Origin: Octopus vulgaris | Taxonomy: Eukaryota | Reading direction: 5' to 3' | DNA: 64,000 nt | Assembly: GCA_951406725.2 (NCBI GenBank) | Contig: OX597814.1 | Location: 178,808,001 to 178,872,000 of the forward strand | Part shown: in pieces, positions 12,542 through 26,226 of the stretch | How the letters are laid out: every line of letters starts with the position of its first letter | Numbering within the stretch: the first letter of the stretch is position 1 | Position numbers and translations under genes: made by a program | Notes under the pieces: generated by a model | The model's database searches: none | What the model saw: the letters and a program-made list of their open reading frames with translations, nothing else | Told to the model about the DNA's origin: nothing

Positions 12542-12645
12542 TCAAGACACCTGATGAAAGCTGGAGCGTATGTCAGCCGAAACGCTCTGTTAACAACAAA
12601 CAAGAGGAGGACAAATATCCGTCAAACATAAATAATGCAAATAAG
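12542..12645 (+). ncRNA. PLE terminus with hammerhead motif
   Basis: acac CTGATGA aagctg...cagcc GAAA cgctctgtt; a degenerate copy of the same family lies at 19511-19580 (-). Confidence 0.65.
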
Positions 12646-12659
12646 TCTATATCTACTCT

Positions 12660-13088
12660 AGCTAACACCTCTCAATCTTCCACTGACATAAACTCTCTTG
12701 CACCTTCCTTTCTAGGTAGGTACAATCTTGTTACTCCTGCCCTTGGGTAGAGTCCTCTATTGATATTGAATTCCTTCCTAGTTTTTCTGTCTAGCTTTGC
12801 TAATTCAGTTTTTGTCCAATCTACAAAAGCTGCTGAGTATCTAAGTAATAATACTACCCAAGTATTTACAGCCTTCACTAGAATCGGACCACTTAGCTTT
12901 GACTTCATGAGCTTCCTCACACTTCCGATGTACTCCTCAATTTTCGTTTTCATGTCTGTAGTTAGTACTCTGTTAGATTCTAGTACTCCTTGATGCTTAT
13001 AACTCTCTCCTCCTTTCAATTCTCCCCCTTTCATAACTATTATTGCACACTTATCTATGCCAAACTCCATGTTTATATGGTTATACAA
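12660..13088 (-). mobile_element. R4/Dong-type LINE RT fragment
   Basis: MEFGIDKCA, KAVNTWVV..LRYSAAFVDWTKTELAKLDRKTRK, RLYLPRKEG. Confidence 0.9.
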
Positions 13089-13897
13089 ATGTTACTATTT
13101 TATCATTTTCAAGAAGTACGGAGGTCACATAAATCTACGAAAGCACTTGAATCAGATGCTTTTCATGATTAATGAGACAAGTATTAGGGCCTTTGCGTGA
13201 TAGATCAATTATGAAGAATGGCTGTCTTTAATGTTTGATGTGAAGGGTCAACACCATTTGCTATGGAACAAAGTTACATCCACAACTCCACTGTCTTAAC
13301 TGCAAGATACATTTAACTGTACCAGCAACATGTTGTCCTACAGTATACTCCACATTTGTCTCCCTTAACATATTTTGGCTCAAATTAATCTTTTTGTAAT
13401 AATAATATTTTAAAATCCAGTACTGATTTAATTTTGTTGTCTCACTGTATGAAGTTTGCGAGAGTTGAATTACATTATGAAGGAAGATAGACATTTACAA
13501 GTGAATTCGTCAAGACAACAATGCATGGTATTAATAGAAGTTTTAAGAAATTATTCTTTTCTTATATATATATATATTACGAAAAATACAAGATACCTAG
13601 CAGATATATATTTCTGTTACATTTGACAGAGCTAATATTAAAAATGACGGCGAAAAAAAGAAATAGAAGTACATATAAAATTTGGTCTACAACAAATAAA
13701 TGTGAATTCCGTATTCATTTCTGAGATGCTTTCAGTTGATTAGTACATCTAGGTTATTTCTCAAATCACTCACACGTCTGTCGCTCTGCATATACCGACC
13801 TACCTTCCAACGTACCTACAAATACATTCACATGCATACACGTATAAGTATATATATATATATATATATATATATCATATGCATATGTTTGTAATTG

Positions 13898-13954
<57 letters not shown>

Positions 13955-14524
13955 CATATATATATATACATATATATATATATGTATATATATATCATAT
14001 GCATACGTTTGTAATTGTAATATATATATGTATATATATATGTGTGTGTGTATATATATGGGGGTGTACGTATTTTGATAGGTTTGCATAAATATATGTA
14101 TATGTATATATTTCGTGTATAGATAAAATGTATATATATATATTTATTTATATATGTGTGTGTGCGTGTATGAGTGCGTGCGTATTAGAACTAGCGTGTT
14201 GAATATTGGTACAAAAATGAAATGTTCTAGTAGATGTGAATATGTGATAGAAAATAACGAAGAAAACTAACAGTAAAATTAATTAGCATAGAATACACAC
14301 ACACACAAACACAAAACACCAAATTTTGAAATACTCCAATATTCTAATTTCACAAATGCACAACTATATGTAACAGTTTAACACATAATATATTTACAAA
14401 TATATATGGAATAAATACGTGTTATATTGACATATGCACACACGAATATTTTTGGACACGGAACTAGTATATCTACCTCTTACTATACCCATTCTAACAC
14501 ACATGTATGTATTTATGTTATATA

Positions 14525-14564
<40 letters not shown>

Positions 14565-14632
14565 ACTTAGAATAACTTAGAAAGGTTTTGGCCAGTATTG
14601 GCCCAGGCCATATATATGTATATATATTTTTT

Positions 14633-14852
14633 TTATTCTTTACTACCCACAAGGGGCTAAACATAGAGGGGACAAACTAGCACAGGCAAAGGGATTAAGT
14701 CGATTACATCGACCCAGCGAGAAACTGGTACTTTATTTATCGACCCCGAGAGGATGAAAGGCAAAGTCGACCTAGGCGGAATTTGAACTCAGAACGTAAC
14801 GACAGACGATATACCACTAAGCATCTTGCCAGGCGCGCTAACGTTTCTGCCA
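14633..14852 (-). mobile_element. SINE family A
   Basis: Matches the copy at 3374-3603 in reverse complement. Confidence 0.9.
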
Positions 14853-14942
<90 letters not shown>

Positions 14943-15229
14943 TATATTTACATATATTTACATACTCTATATATACACACAAACACGCACACTTGTATAT
15001 ACTTAAATATGTATATATACATACACATGTACATTCAAAAATACATATGCATATAAACCCGTATATTCGTTTGAAGCTTATAATTTACTCGCCCCGAATG
15101 ATACTTTATGTGATAAGTCAATAAATGTTAATTTTCTGTAACATTCCTTGTACACACACATCATTGGTTTGTAAGACTTTTATTGCTCGGTTTTCATCAG
15201 ATTTCATAACCAATTTAATATTGATTTCA

Positions 15230-16001
15230 AATCATGTTGCAGGGCCACGAAATTCTGGGGAGGACCAAATTCGATTACATCGACACTAGTGCTCGGCTAG
15301 TACTTACTTTATCGGCTCTAAAATAATGAAAGGCCAATCGACTGCAGTGGAATTTGAACTCAGGACGTAATAACGGACGTTATGGCTTTATGCATTTCGA
15401 CCAGCGAAGCAACGATTCCTTTCTTTTCTACTCTATGCACAAGGCCCGACATTTTTGAGGAGGCGGTCAGTCGATTAGATCAGCCCCGGTACGCAACTTG
15501 CACGTAATTTATCAACGCCGAAAGAATGAAAAGCAAAATCGACTTCAGTGGAATTCGATCTCAGAACCTAAACACAGGCGAAATACCTATTTTTTACTAC
15601 CCACAAGGGGCTAAACACGGAGGGGACAAACAAGGACAGACAAACGGATTAAGTTGATTACATCTACCCCAGTGCGTAACTGGTACTTATTTAATCGACC
15701 CCGAAATGATGAAAAGCAAAGTCGACCTCGGCAGAATTTCAACTCAGAACGTAAAGACTGACGAAATACCTATTTCTTTATTACAAACAAGGGGCTAAAC
15801 ATAGAGGGGACAAACAAGGACAGCCATAGGTATTAAGTCTATTACATCGACCCCAGTGCGGAACTGGTACTTAATTTATCGACCCCGAAAAGATGAAAGG
15901 CAAAGTCAACCTCGGCGGAATTTGAACTCACAACGTAACGACAGACGAAATACCGCTAAGCATTTCGCCTGGCGTGCTAACTTTTGTGCCAGCTAGGCGC
16001 C
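15230..16001 (-). mobile_element. Head-to-tail array of four family-A SINE units
   Basis: Units at about 15230-15419, 15420-15587, 15588-15770 and 15771-16001; junctions aaatacc|tattt at 15587 and 15770. Confidence 0.9.
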
Positions 16002-16587
16002 TTAATGACTATTACGTTTTTTTTCCTTCTTGAAAACCGTCACATCTACTGCTCATACATTGTTTACCCATTCATGAATTGCAAAATCTAGTCCAAAGAT
16101 CAACACCTTTTATAAGTTGTAACTCGTAAGCAATTATTTAGACGTGCAATCCCGATTATTGTCATATTTTGTGTGCGTGAGTAATCTGAAAATATTTGAA
16201 TGACAGTCCAATCAAGAATAGAAGATTTTTATCAATAAAACCGTCATTGCATTATTAAATTAAAATCATATATCTCAGTTCAATGTTTTCTGGTCTTAAA
16301 GAAAGAAAGCGCATTTTGAAAGACACAGGATATTAACAAATGTAAATAAGAAAACTTTGTTTACAAGTATGAACGAATACTTGTATTAACTTTTTGTCCC
16401 TATTGGTAATACTTTATATAAATAAATATGATTGATAAACGTTGTCCCCATTGGAAAGACTAATATTACTAATAAATAATTTTGTATGATGCATAATTGA
16501 AATTCATTTTATCTAGAACTATACAAGGTGTTAATTTCTTCTTACCAACATCTTTAACTGTGACTATGCTTTATATGATGCTGGTTA

Positions 16588-17109
16588 TATTGGGTTGCCC
16601 GGAAAGTTCGTGCTGATTTATAGTAGCTTACCTTTCGATTTATTTTAGAACATGGTTGAGTTCATTAAATAGAATTTGACTACACCTCCATTTAAAGCAC
16701 AGTTTAAGCTATCTTTTCGTGGAAGAAGGTTTATGTTCCTATAACCTGCGTTAATTTCCCAACCCTTTAAAATGGAAGATAAGAAAGTTAATTTTCGGCA
16801 CTTGATATGCTTTTCTTTTTCTGTAAAGGGGAAAATGGCTCACCAGCAACCAAAGAAGTATGCGCAGTTTACGGTGATGTTTCTTTATCAGAAAGAACAG
16901 TACGGAAGTGGTTCGCAAGGTTCCGATCTGGAGATTGTAGCCTTATTGATAAAGAGCGATCAGGCAGACCATCCACTACAGATGATTACCAAATCAAGCC
17001 ATTAATTGTGAATAACGCACATTACGCAACTCGAGAATTGGCAGAAAGCCACAACCTATCAAAATCCGGCGTTCATGAGCACCTGGGAAAGCTTGGGGAC
17101 AACCCGATA
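16588..17109 (+). mobile_element. Internally deleted mariner transposon
   Basis: TIRs tattgggttgccc / ggacaacccgata with flanking TA; MEDKKVNFRH + (frameshift) VYGDVSLSERTVRKWFARFRSGD..L.DKERSGRPS HTH domains; no DD34D domain. Confidence 0.9.
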
Positions 17110-17269
17110 TATACATAAAGCAGTCAACTCAACATATACATTATGAGGTACACTGTTTATATAATTTGGGTGATAGACATAATACTGCACGTAAGTTAAC
17201 ACCACCACCTGACACCTAGGTCACATTCAAATGAGTCTACATTTGTGCAATACATACATACACACACAC

Positions 17270-17359
<90 letters not shown>

Positions 17360-17384
17360 AGTGAATCCAAAGAAAGAAGAACAA

Positions 17385-17546
17385 ACAACACTTCTTTCAG
17401 TTTCCGTCCACCATATGTATTATATGCATATGTTCGTAATTCACTCACAAAGATTTGGTGGGCCTGCGCCTTGCCCAAGGCACTACGCAGTGGTGCTGAA
17501 CCCAAAACCATATGGTTGGAAAGCAATCTTCTGACTACAAAGCCAC
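17385..17546 (-). mobile_element. SINE family B, 5' part
   Basis: Reverse complement of the gtggct...ggttcag...ccttgggcaag...ggaaactgaaagaag head seen at 25321. Confidence 0.8.
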
Positions 17547-18547
17547 ATATATTTATATATATGTGTGAGTGTGTTTGTGTGGGTGTATGTTCTGTCTGTT
17601 TGTGTATACATGTATTTTGATATACCTCTCTCTCTCTCTCTTTCTCTCTTTCTCTCTCTCTCTATCTCTCTAAAAACACACACGTATATGCATTGGCATA
17701 CCTCCCATTGAAGGACATTATACATTGTCAGTTGCCCTGTTCGCGATATTAGCCTAATCTGCCTCAAAGTACATGCTACACTCTATCAGAATTTAGGATT
17801 TCTCTACAAAGAGTGTAATGTTTTTGATTACACGATTACTCTACCAACATCGACTGCAACGTTGTACTCTAAATAAAAAGTTAATAATCAGCAGAATTGC
17901 TAGCAGCATCAATGGAATAATTATAAAATATTACAGCGAATGAAATTATTAACCTGTATGACAGCCCTGTCTTTCCTGTTTGTGTAGTAATTTTGGAGAA
18001 AACAACGAAAGCTTTTATATGTTGAGTGTCTTATTTTCACAATGCAAATTATAAGCGATAACATATTTATTTATATAGAAATACAGAATTGTTTAGTTAT
18101 TAAATAATTCAGTGAAATCATTCACACGGATGGTTATACATAAGTTAGTGTTAGCAGTTTCAATAGATTCAGCGCTAAGAAATTAAAAATGAATATCTGA
18201 AGAGAACAAATTATGTCCAGTATAACTTGGTTCTCCATTGGAAGTGTTCGCAATAAATTAGTTATTGCTTTTAAATATCGGTATCTTTTCAAAGATTGTT
18301 AAAGTAAAGTACTACCTGTACAGTAATGCAAATTAGGCTTAAGAGCTTTCTGCAATCGTTTATTCTCAATAGTATTTTTTTCTATGCATATGTGTGAGAA
18401 TTTTTATTGAAGTAACAGATGCATGGAACAAGATAATGACAATCTTTTAATCTACTTGTAAATCTAGTTATGGAAAGACTATTATAAACACTATACACAT
18501 TACGCATGTGTGTATAAATACCCATGCATACATAAACGTAAATATAC

Positions 18548-18585
<38 letters not shown>

Positions 18586-19510
18586 GAATATACATCTATC
18601 TAGACATACACATATATTTATATCAATGTGTATATTGAGCATGTGTGTATGTACATATTTATGCATACACACACACACACATATATATATGATTGCACAC
18701 ACTAGTTCTACTTCCTTCTACCAATGCAAGAGAGTGATATAGAGTCTGTCTTTTTGGTGATACTTTTAGAATGTCCTTTATTCAAAGTAATCGAATTTGT
18801 CGAAGTTATATGGAAAAACTTACCTGTAATACTCTCATACTTACTCTCTTCCCCCCCCCTCTCTCTCTCTCTTTCTCTCTTTCTGTACACGAACTAAATA
18901 GGTGTGAAGAAAGAATTTATTGACATGAATTATTTACTAGTGTCAAAATGATGGGTTCAAAATTTAATGGCATTGAAACAGTTTCTTTGTTGCCCTATGA
19001 TACCCGTAAGAGCATAAAACTTTTGTCTTTCTTATTCTGCATCGTAATAATCTTCATTTTAACGATATAAGAGCACACGTACATGTTTTATATACGTTGG
19101 ATTGGCTAGGTTACCCCGGTGTATATTTTCTTTGCAGCCACAAATAATTATCGAATTTTCCGGCTTCATCATATTACATTCTGTGGGCATGTAGTGTAAA
19201 CATTCAAACACCGTCACAATATTTTTAAGTCCTTCTGCATTTCACGTGGAATTTTTGATCCTGCAGACTCACCCGAGAGCACAGGTCGACCTATCAGCGT
19301 GTAAATTCTGCTCTGAAAAATTCGACTCTAATGCCGAAAAATACAATATATTTAAAACCATGAAGCACTTTTAATCAAAATAACTTGATCTAATTTATTT
19401 CGCTCTATCTTTTATTACTGGTTAACATTTAGGTATTGTGTGCTTGCATGTGAGTGTGTGTACGTATGTATATATATATCCATGTATATACATATATCTA
19501 TATATATATA

Positions 19511-19580
19511 ACACAGTGTTTCGGTGTTTATACTATCCAGGCTTCATGAAGTGTCTTGGGAAAATGTCGAACCTGGATTA
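19511..19580 (-). mobile_element. Degenerate PLE terminus / hammerhead of the 12.55 kb family
   Basis: Minus strand: caagacac ttcatga agcctgga...cacc GAAAC actgtgt. Confidence 0.55.
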
Positions 19581-20049
19581 TATATGTATACATACACATC
19601 CAAACAAAGAATCTTAAATTCTGAAACACGTCTTTAAAAATTTCTTAAATGTAATGCAATAAAACCAATATCATTTGAATTTTAGTTCCACTAATTTACC
19701 CGCAAATATTTTTATTTGTACACTAAAAAAAACCAAAACCAGCTTTCTATACCCAGTCTCTTATGGCTTGAATTTGTCATATCCGTTTATACAAATACCT
19801 CCATGCGAAACCGAACACTAAAAAACGGAAACCAATTCACTATCAAACCAAATAAAATGTCGTATTAACAACCGTTTAAAACATACACTGGAAAACACAT
19901 TGTTTCTTCTACACTTCTCTAACCACCTTACATACGCATTTACCTCCCAGGTCTATACACAGCATATATAAATCTCACTTCACATATGCATACTGCCAAT
20001 GATTGTGTATGTGTGTGAGTGTGTCTAATTCAAATAGATTCTTGGCTTA

Positions 20050-20265
20050 ACATAGGGGTCAGAGACGATGCATTGTTTTCATTTAAAAAAGTAGCAAAGC
20101 TGGAATAGAACGATGTAAGAAAAAATTTCTCCAAACTTTAAGAAATTTCGATTGGAAACTTAATGACAAATAAATCACATTGGTAAAATTCCTAAACGTA
20201 AAGCCTAGCCCCTTCGATGGAACGTTTGATCTGTTCCATAAACCAAATGAGAATTTAAAATATGC
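20050..20265 (+). mobile_element. PLE RT fragment (RDD type)
   Basis: GVRDDALF, GIERCKKKF, VKFLNV..FHKPNENLKY; same RT subtype as 44230-44732. Confidence 0.7.
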
Positions 20266-21300
20266 TCTCCTACGTTTCCTCCTTCAAAAATATGTGACAC
20301 GCCTGTCTCGTGGATAGATTCACTACGCGCACGATCTCACACGTGCACGCACACACATACACATTCTCCCCTTTTCCCTCTTCTCTCACTCTCTGTTACA
20401 AATACACAAATACACACAAACACAAACAAACACTTACTGTAATGAAAAGAATCATAAATGGTGCAATATAGGAAGAACAATGTTTAAAACCTAAGGTTCT
20501 AATTTAACACTTGTAAGTTGGAAGAGTGTGCAGTAACGTTGTGTTTTGCGTCTTTGCCTTCCGTCAGAAAAGAAAAAGCATGGAAAATCTGCGAAAAATT
20601 AAGGTTGAGTGAGAGATAATTAATTACATAAATATAAAATTATAAATGAATTATAGATAACGATAACACAGTGACAGCCTCATCAGCAACAACATCATTA
20701 TCATAATCAACAAAACAGCAACAGCAAAGAAAAACATAGTAAGGAATCTGTAGGCAAAGGAAGCGGGTGGAAGATGAATGATTAGGAAACTTGAGAATGC
20801 TCTTCCATAGATAAGATAAGAAGAGAGAAAGGTACTTGCGAGTAAATTACATTTATCAGGATGTATCTATAACTGGATCAACGTAAGCGAGAATGGCGTG
20901 TACGTATGTGTTAGTGAACTTTATGTATATATGTAGATTTTTTATAAAGGAGAAAGGAGGAAGTTGTTATTTCTGCGTGTTTATGGCTATAAAGAAAATA
21001 TGTACCATTGTAAATGCATAGTTTCAATCGTGCGACTCTGAAGCATTCAAAAATGGGAGAAAGGAGTTTAAGATTCAGTGATAAGAAACTAGTAACCAGG
21101 AAATAGGTAAAAATTCTAAGATATCTGTAAAAAGCCCGAGAGATTGGTAATAAGTGACTTACAGTAAGGTGGCAAAATGTGCCCGGGAAGATTATGCAAT
21201 ACGAGAAGAAAATAGTCGCCTGAAAAGGGAACGGTTTTTAACCGTCTGCAGCAACAACACAAAATGACGAACGTGGGAGACAGAAATTTAGAAAAAGAAC

Positions 21301-21880
21301 TAGTCAATAGACTATATATTATTCATATAAATACAGTGTACATTTAAACACATATGAGATGGCCATAACAAGACATCTAATCCGCTAGAAGGAATAGTTA
21401 AAATCAAAATCCTATTGGGGTAATTTCGAAAGGGAATGAAAAATAAAAACATTTACAATCTATTTCCTGTACCATGGTTTTAAGCTATCTTCAGCAATTA
21501 AAATAATTTGCTAGGCGCAGCTATCATCAGCAGGAAAGCCAAGATTAAAATATAAATACGAGGCAATACAGAATATACCACGTGCTTACATGTTATAATT
21601 TTTCAAATCCACCGTTCAAGCGCAGTTTTTTATCGGCAGCAAATTGAAAAAATGCTGATTTTCTGCTCGAATTAGCCCAAAAATCATTATTGATCAATTT
21701 CACTGTAGCAAAAAATTATTTAGAATTTTTTTTGCTACCAGTGATCTAGCGTGAAGAAAAAAAATAATCAACAGACTATATATCATTCATATAAATACAG
21801 TGTACATTTAAACACATAAGCCATGGCCATAATAGGAGATCTAACCCGCTAGAAGAAATGGTTAAAATCCAAACCACTCT
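21301..21880 (-). mobile_element. PLE-like terminal repeats (HHR-less family), partial tandem
   Basis: Direct repeats at about 21301-21412 and 21766-21875; terminal hairpin gtagcaaa...tttgctacc shared with 45240-45320 and 46817-46895. Confidence 0.55.
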
Positions 21881-21904
21881 TATATATATATATATATATA
21901 TATA

Positions 21905-22736
21905 ACTTAAGGTTACCCGCTCTACGCGCGGTTGAGGTTGTGGTTGTTACTTTCTGTTGCTTCCTTTCTGTTTCTTATCGCCACATTATCCCTCTTTGTT
22001 GCTCTTTCCTTTCTCTCTCACTTTCCCACTCTCTTAGTCTTCATTTCTCTCGGACTTTCCCTCGCTTTCTCTTACTCTATATCTTTCTCTATCTATCTCT
22101 CTCCTATTTATAAACAACAAAAGATCTTGAGTAAGTTGAGAAAGAAAATATTTTTACGCTTTTTCAACCCTTCATCGTTATTCTCATTCACTCATTATTA
22201 CTTTCTCCCTTCCTTTCACTTTCTCTCTATAACGTCGTTTGATAGCGTCTACTATCTTTCCTCCGCCGCCCTCACCAGCACTGTCACTCTCTCTCTCTCT
22301 CTACGTCTGTCTGCATTCATAGAGAGAATTATCATCGCCACCACCACCATCACTACCACCACACAATCATGAGAATCTTTCTTTCTATATATAGATAGAG
22401 AGAGAGAGGGGGAGAGAGAAAGTAATAATGAGTGAATGAGAATAACGACGAAGGGTTTAAAAAGCGTAAAAAATATTGAAGGCGGCGGAGGAAAGATAGT
22501 AGACGCTATCAAACGACGTTATAGAGAGAATCCGAAAGGAAGGGAGGAAAGAGAGAGATTGAGGAAGACAAGCAGATAATAGAATGAGAATAGACTTGTC
22601 AAAGTGTGCGTTTTTTGCCCTAGCAACCACACCTGTAAATTTTGGAGTCAATCCGACCCCATCAAGGTGCCCCTTAACCCGTTCCAATGCCAAAACCAGA
22701 CAAACTGTTCGCATTTCATAATTATAATATAGAGAT
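21905..22736 (-). mobile_element. Putative non-autonomous Helitron
   Basis: Minus strand begins TCTCTATATTATATAA; subterminal hairpin (acccgc tctac gcgcggt on +) near the other end; CTAG end degenerate; internal inverted duplication. Confidence 0.5.
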
Positions 22737-23125
22737 TATACCCATAACACTGTATTTTTATCCCCATAACACTGTACTCACCCTTTATATTAACGTGAAT
22801 GTTTTCTTATTTTATTCTAAATTTATTTTTATTTTGATCTGTATAATTAATCCCACATTTACATTAATAGATAATATCATTCCCATTGTAATCCCCTCCT
22901 TACTTATACTGCATGTAACTCACCTATACCTAGGTTTTACCTAAACTTTACAGCATCATCCAAAACTATATCTGTTTAATATTCACTCTCAAATACTATC
23001 ATCTTCTTAGCATTCATATATATATATTTGTGTGTGTGTGTGTGTGTTTGTGTGAGTACATGTATGCATGTCTGGTTGTTCGTTCCTCAGTGTAATAACA
23101 ACAAAACATTTGTTTCGTATTACAG

Positions 23126-23205
23126 TTTTCCGATACCGCAGCGACAATTGAATATACTCCTACATACATCGTAATATTGGCGAGTGTATTTATTATATTC
23201 ATCGG
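23126..23205 (+). CDS. Candidate exon encoding a hydrophobic (TM-like) segment FSDTAATIEYTPTYIVILASVFIIFIG
   Basis: Acceptor ttgtttcgtattacag, 80-nt open frame, donor gtatgt at 23206. Confidence 0.4.
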
Positions 23206-23849
23206 GTATGTTGTATTAAACATTTACAATAATGATATAAATAGCAGATATATATATTCAAATAATAAATAATTGATAACATATATATTAGATTTCATCA
23301 ACATATTTTACATTTCACTACTTAAATTTTTAATATTTACAAACACCCACATAACCCACATTTTAAATAACAAATAATTAATAATAGTATAATTATTTAT
23401 TAAAATACTCATTAAATTAACCATATTTGACACCAACATACAAGTATAAATTCAATCAATTGATCTCTTAATTTTGTAATTATACTATTCAATAATGTAC
23501 TTTAACACTTACTATTAATCTATAATACATATCTTATTGTTAAATACAATATACATATAATTACAATTAGATAAAACCCAAATATATATTTATTATACAA
23601 CCACTATTTTTACATAAATGCTGTCTACAGAACGCTGTCATTTATTTTACAAAATCTTATAATCCAGTAGTAATTACTGTTGATACTTTTAATATATTTC
23701 AATATATAAATATGAAAATTTAAACTACACTTATGTATTGATATCTATTTATCCTTGAAACTTATAAACATATTTCTATAGTTAAACACAAGCTATTTTG
23801 CATTTTTATAATAAAAAATAATGATTGACCATATATAAAATATATGGGA

Positions 23850-24090
23850 GATTACTAGTTACCCAAATTTTCATCTAGGGAATTTATCCTGTGATAGCGG
23901 TTTTCAATTTCTCTAGCATTTCGTAAGTGAATAACAACATAGCTCTTTTTTTATATACCTAATATTTTTACACACTAAATACTTTTTCTTAGAACACAGG
24001 AAATTCTACACTAACCTATTTAATCGTAAGTGACACCAATGCTAGAAATTTTTTCTGAAATACTTCTAGAAAAGATTACCTCAGTGTGCA
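23850..24090 (+). mobile_element. Possible highly decayed PLE RT fragment
   Basis: GIYP..., RKFYTNLFNRK, TNARNFF across frameshifts resemble the PLE RT C-terminal/thumb region. Confidence 0.25.
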
Positions 24091-24159
24091 TTGCGCCACT
24101 TATGTTAAGTTATATTTATATTCATCCCAACTTGTTTCCATAAATTTTATAAATATAAA

Positions 24160-24226
<67 letters not shown>

Positions 24227-24862
24227 TGTGTGTGTGTGTGTGTATTTCTCTGTAGTACTTCAGAAAATTATCGGTATATTATATATACATACTTTATTTA
24301 CATTTCCCAATCTAATTCTTTGTATATTACACTCCTCATGATAAGTTACATCTGTCTTTCTACCATCTCGCTCACGTAAACTTTTAAATATATATTTAAA
24401 TTTAAATATAATAAGGTATATATTTTTCATATAAATTTGTTGCTTTAGCACCATTTCGACGTTCAGTATTAGCTAAATTTTAAACGATAAATTTCTAATC
24501 ACATGAATTCTGCGTCCTAAAATGTTGTTTGTTTACATTAAAAAATTCCTAAACATAATACTGCAATAATTAATTCCATAGTCTAAGACCGAAAATACAG
24601 TTACTTTTCCTACAGTTTATCGTTTATTGCATCTATAAAAGTTACAATTACTGATGATTCAAACATATTGTTGGATGGAAACATATGCCGAATAATTTTT
24701 TAAAATAATTTCGGTTGTTTTGTTGATGTGTTTCCTTTTAAACTTGTTCATAGAGGTATATGTTTTAATCCATGAATTTGCATTACTGTTCCATTGTCTT
24801 ACAACTAAAATGAACCAATCATCTTTTACATATTTTTCTTCTCCATTTTCTTTTATTGATTA

Positions 24863-25259
24863 CTAGCAGTATCACCCGGCGTTGCTCGGGTTTGTAAGGG
24901 AAATAACTATATTAGCATTTTTAGAGATGTAAAGTATAATAGCCATCTCAATATGGCTAACCACCAAGGGGGGGGGGGGTTACTGTAGCTTTTTACGTTC
25001 TGAGATTTAATAATACATTTTGGGAGAGTTACTTCCCTTATATAAACCGAGCGAAAATGCATTAAAAATACGAAAAATTATGGTAATTTTTTTTTTAAAT
25101 CGTAGACTCATCGTAGACGCGCGCTAATACACAGAAGGGCTCGATATAAATCACGACTATAAGATACCCGCTTTTGCTTAAACTGCATCGCAAAATGTGG
25201 GAGTAGTTAGGAATCTAAATCGTAGGAGACAGACACACAATCTTACTTTTATATACAGA
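24863..25259 (-). mobile_element. Non-autonomous Helitron, copy 1
   Basis: Minus strand: 5' TC..., subterminal hairpin CCCGAGCAACGCCGGG, 3' CTAG, inserted between A and T; second copy at 54997-55508. Confidence 0.85.
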
Positions 25260-25320
25260 TATATATATATATGTTTATGTATATGTATATAAATTTTGAA
25301 GACGATGGAAACATGCTCTA

Positions 25321-25713
25321 GGCGTAGGAGTGGCTGTGTGGTAAGAAGCTTGCTTACCAACCACATGGTTCCGGGTTCAGTCTCACTGCGTGGCACCTTG
25401 GCCAAGTGTCTTCTACTATAAGCCTTGTGAGGGGATTCCCGTCTTATATATGCATATATATATATAAATGTGTGTGTATGCATGTATGTGTGTGTGTGTG
25501 TATGTTTGTGTGTCTGTGTTTGTCCCCCCGCCCTAACATCGCTTGACGACCGATGCTGCTGTGTTTACATCCCCGTAACCTAGTGGTTCGGCAAAAGAGA
25601 CCGATAGAATAAGGACTAAGCTTACAAAGAATAAGTCCTGGTGTCAATTTGCTCGACTAAAGGCGGTGCTCCATCATGGCCACAGTCACATGACTGAAAC
25701 AAGTGAAAGAGTA
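25321..25713 (+). mobile_element. tRNA-derived SINE family B with internal microsatellite
   Basis: A-box-like gtggctgtgtggt, B-box-like gggttcagtct, CORE-like accttgg.caagt, conserved 3' half ending ctgaaacaagtgaaagag; internal deletion relative to the 44833 copy. Confidence 0.9.
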
Positions 25714-26021
25714 GAAGTGTATATATACATATCTGCTATACTTTAGAGTAAGTTTCCGTCATCTTCAAAATTGTAGACCACCCTCCCGTATATCGGGAGT
25801 ATTTCCCCAGTCGATAATATCAATGAAAGAGTTAATATTCGCATGCGAGAAATTCTTTTATGTATTACTGTATCCTAAAATGTCTTTGAAATGGTGACAG
25901 CCTGGGAAATACGTTCTGCTATGACAATCCACTTTAAAGTCATGCATTGCACACACACACACACTCACACACACAAACACACACATGCACAGACAAACAG
26001 GCATACAGATATACACGCGGA

Positions 26022-26064
<43 letters not shown>

Positions 26065-26226
26065 GGGCAATCATGAATATGTGTGTGTGAGAGTGTAAAT
26101 ATACATATGTAGTTAGATATATTAGTGTATATACGTATAGATATATACGTATGTGTGTACATGTATGCATGTCTGCTTGTTTGTTCTTCAGTGTAATAAC
26201 AACAAAACATTTGTTTCGTAATACAG

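Noticed and set aside
15230-16001. Regularly repeated units resembling a CRISPR or tRNA array
   Set aside because: The units are 170-230-bp SINE bodies with no unique spacers and no cloverleaf; the context is eukaryotic.
22737-23850. G-poor, very AT-rich stretch suggestive of a mitochondrial insertion (NUMT)
   Set aside because: No mitochondrial gene, rRNA or tRNA could be recognised; decayed retroelement sequence could explain the skew equally well.
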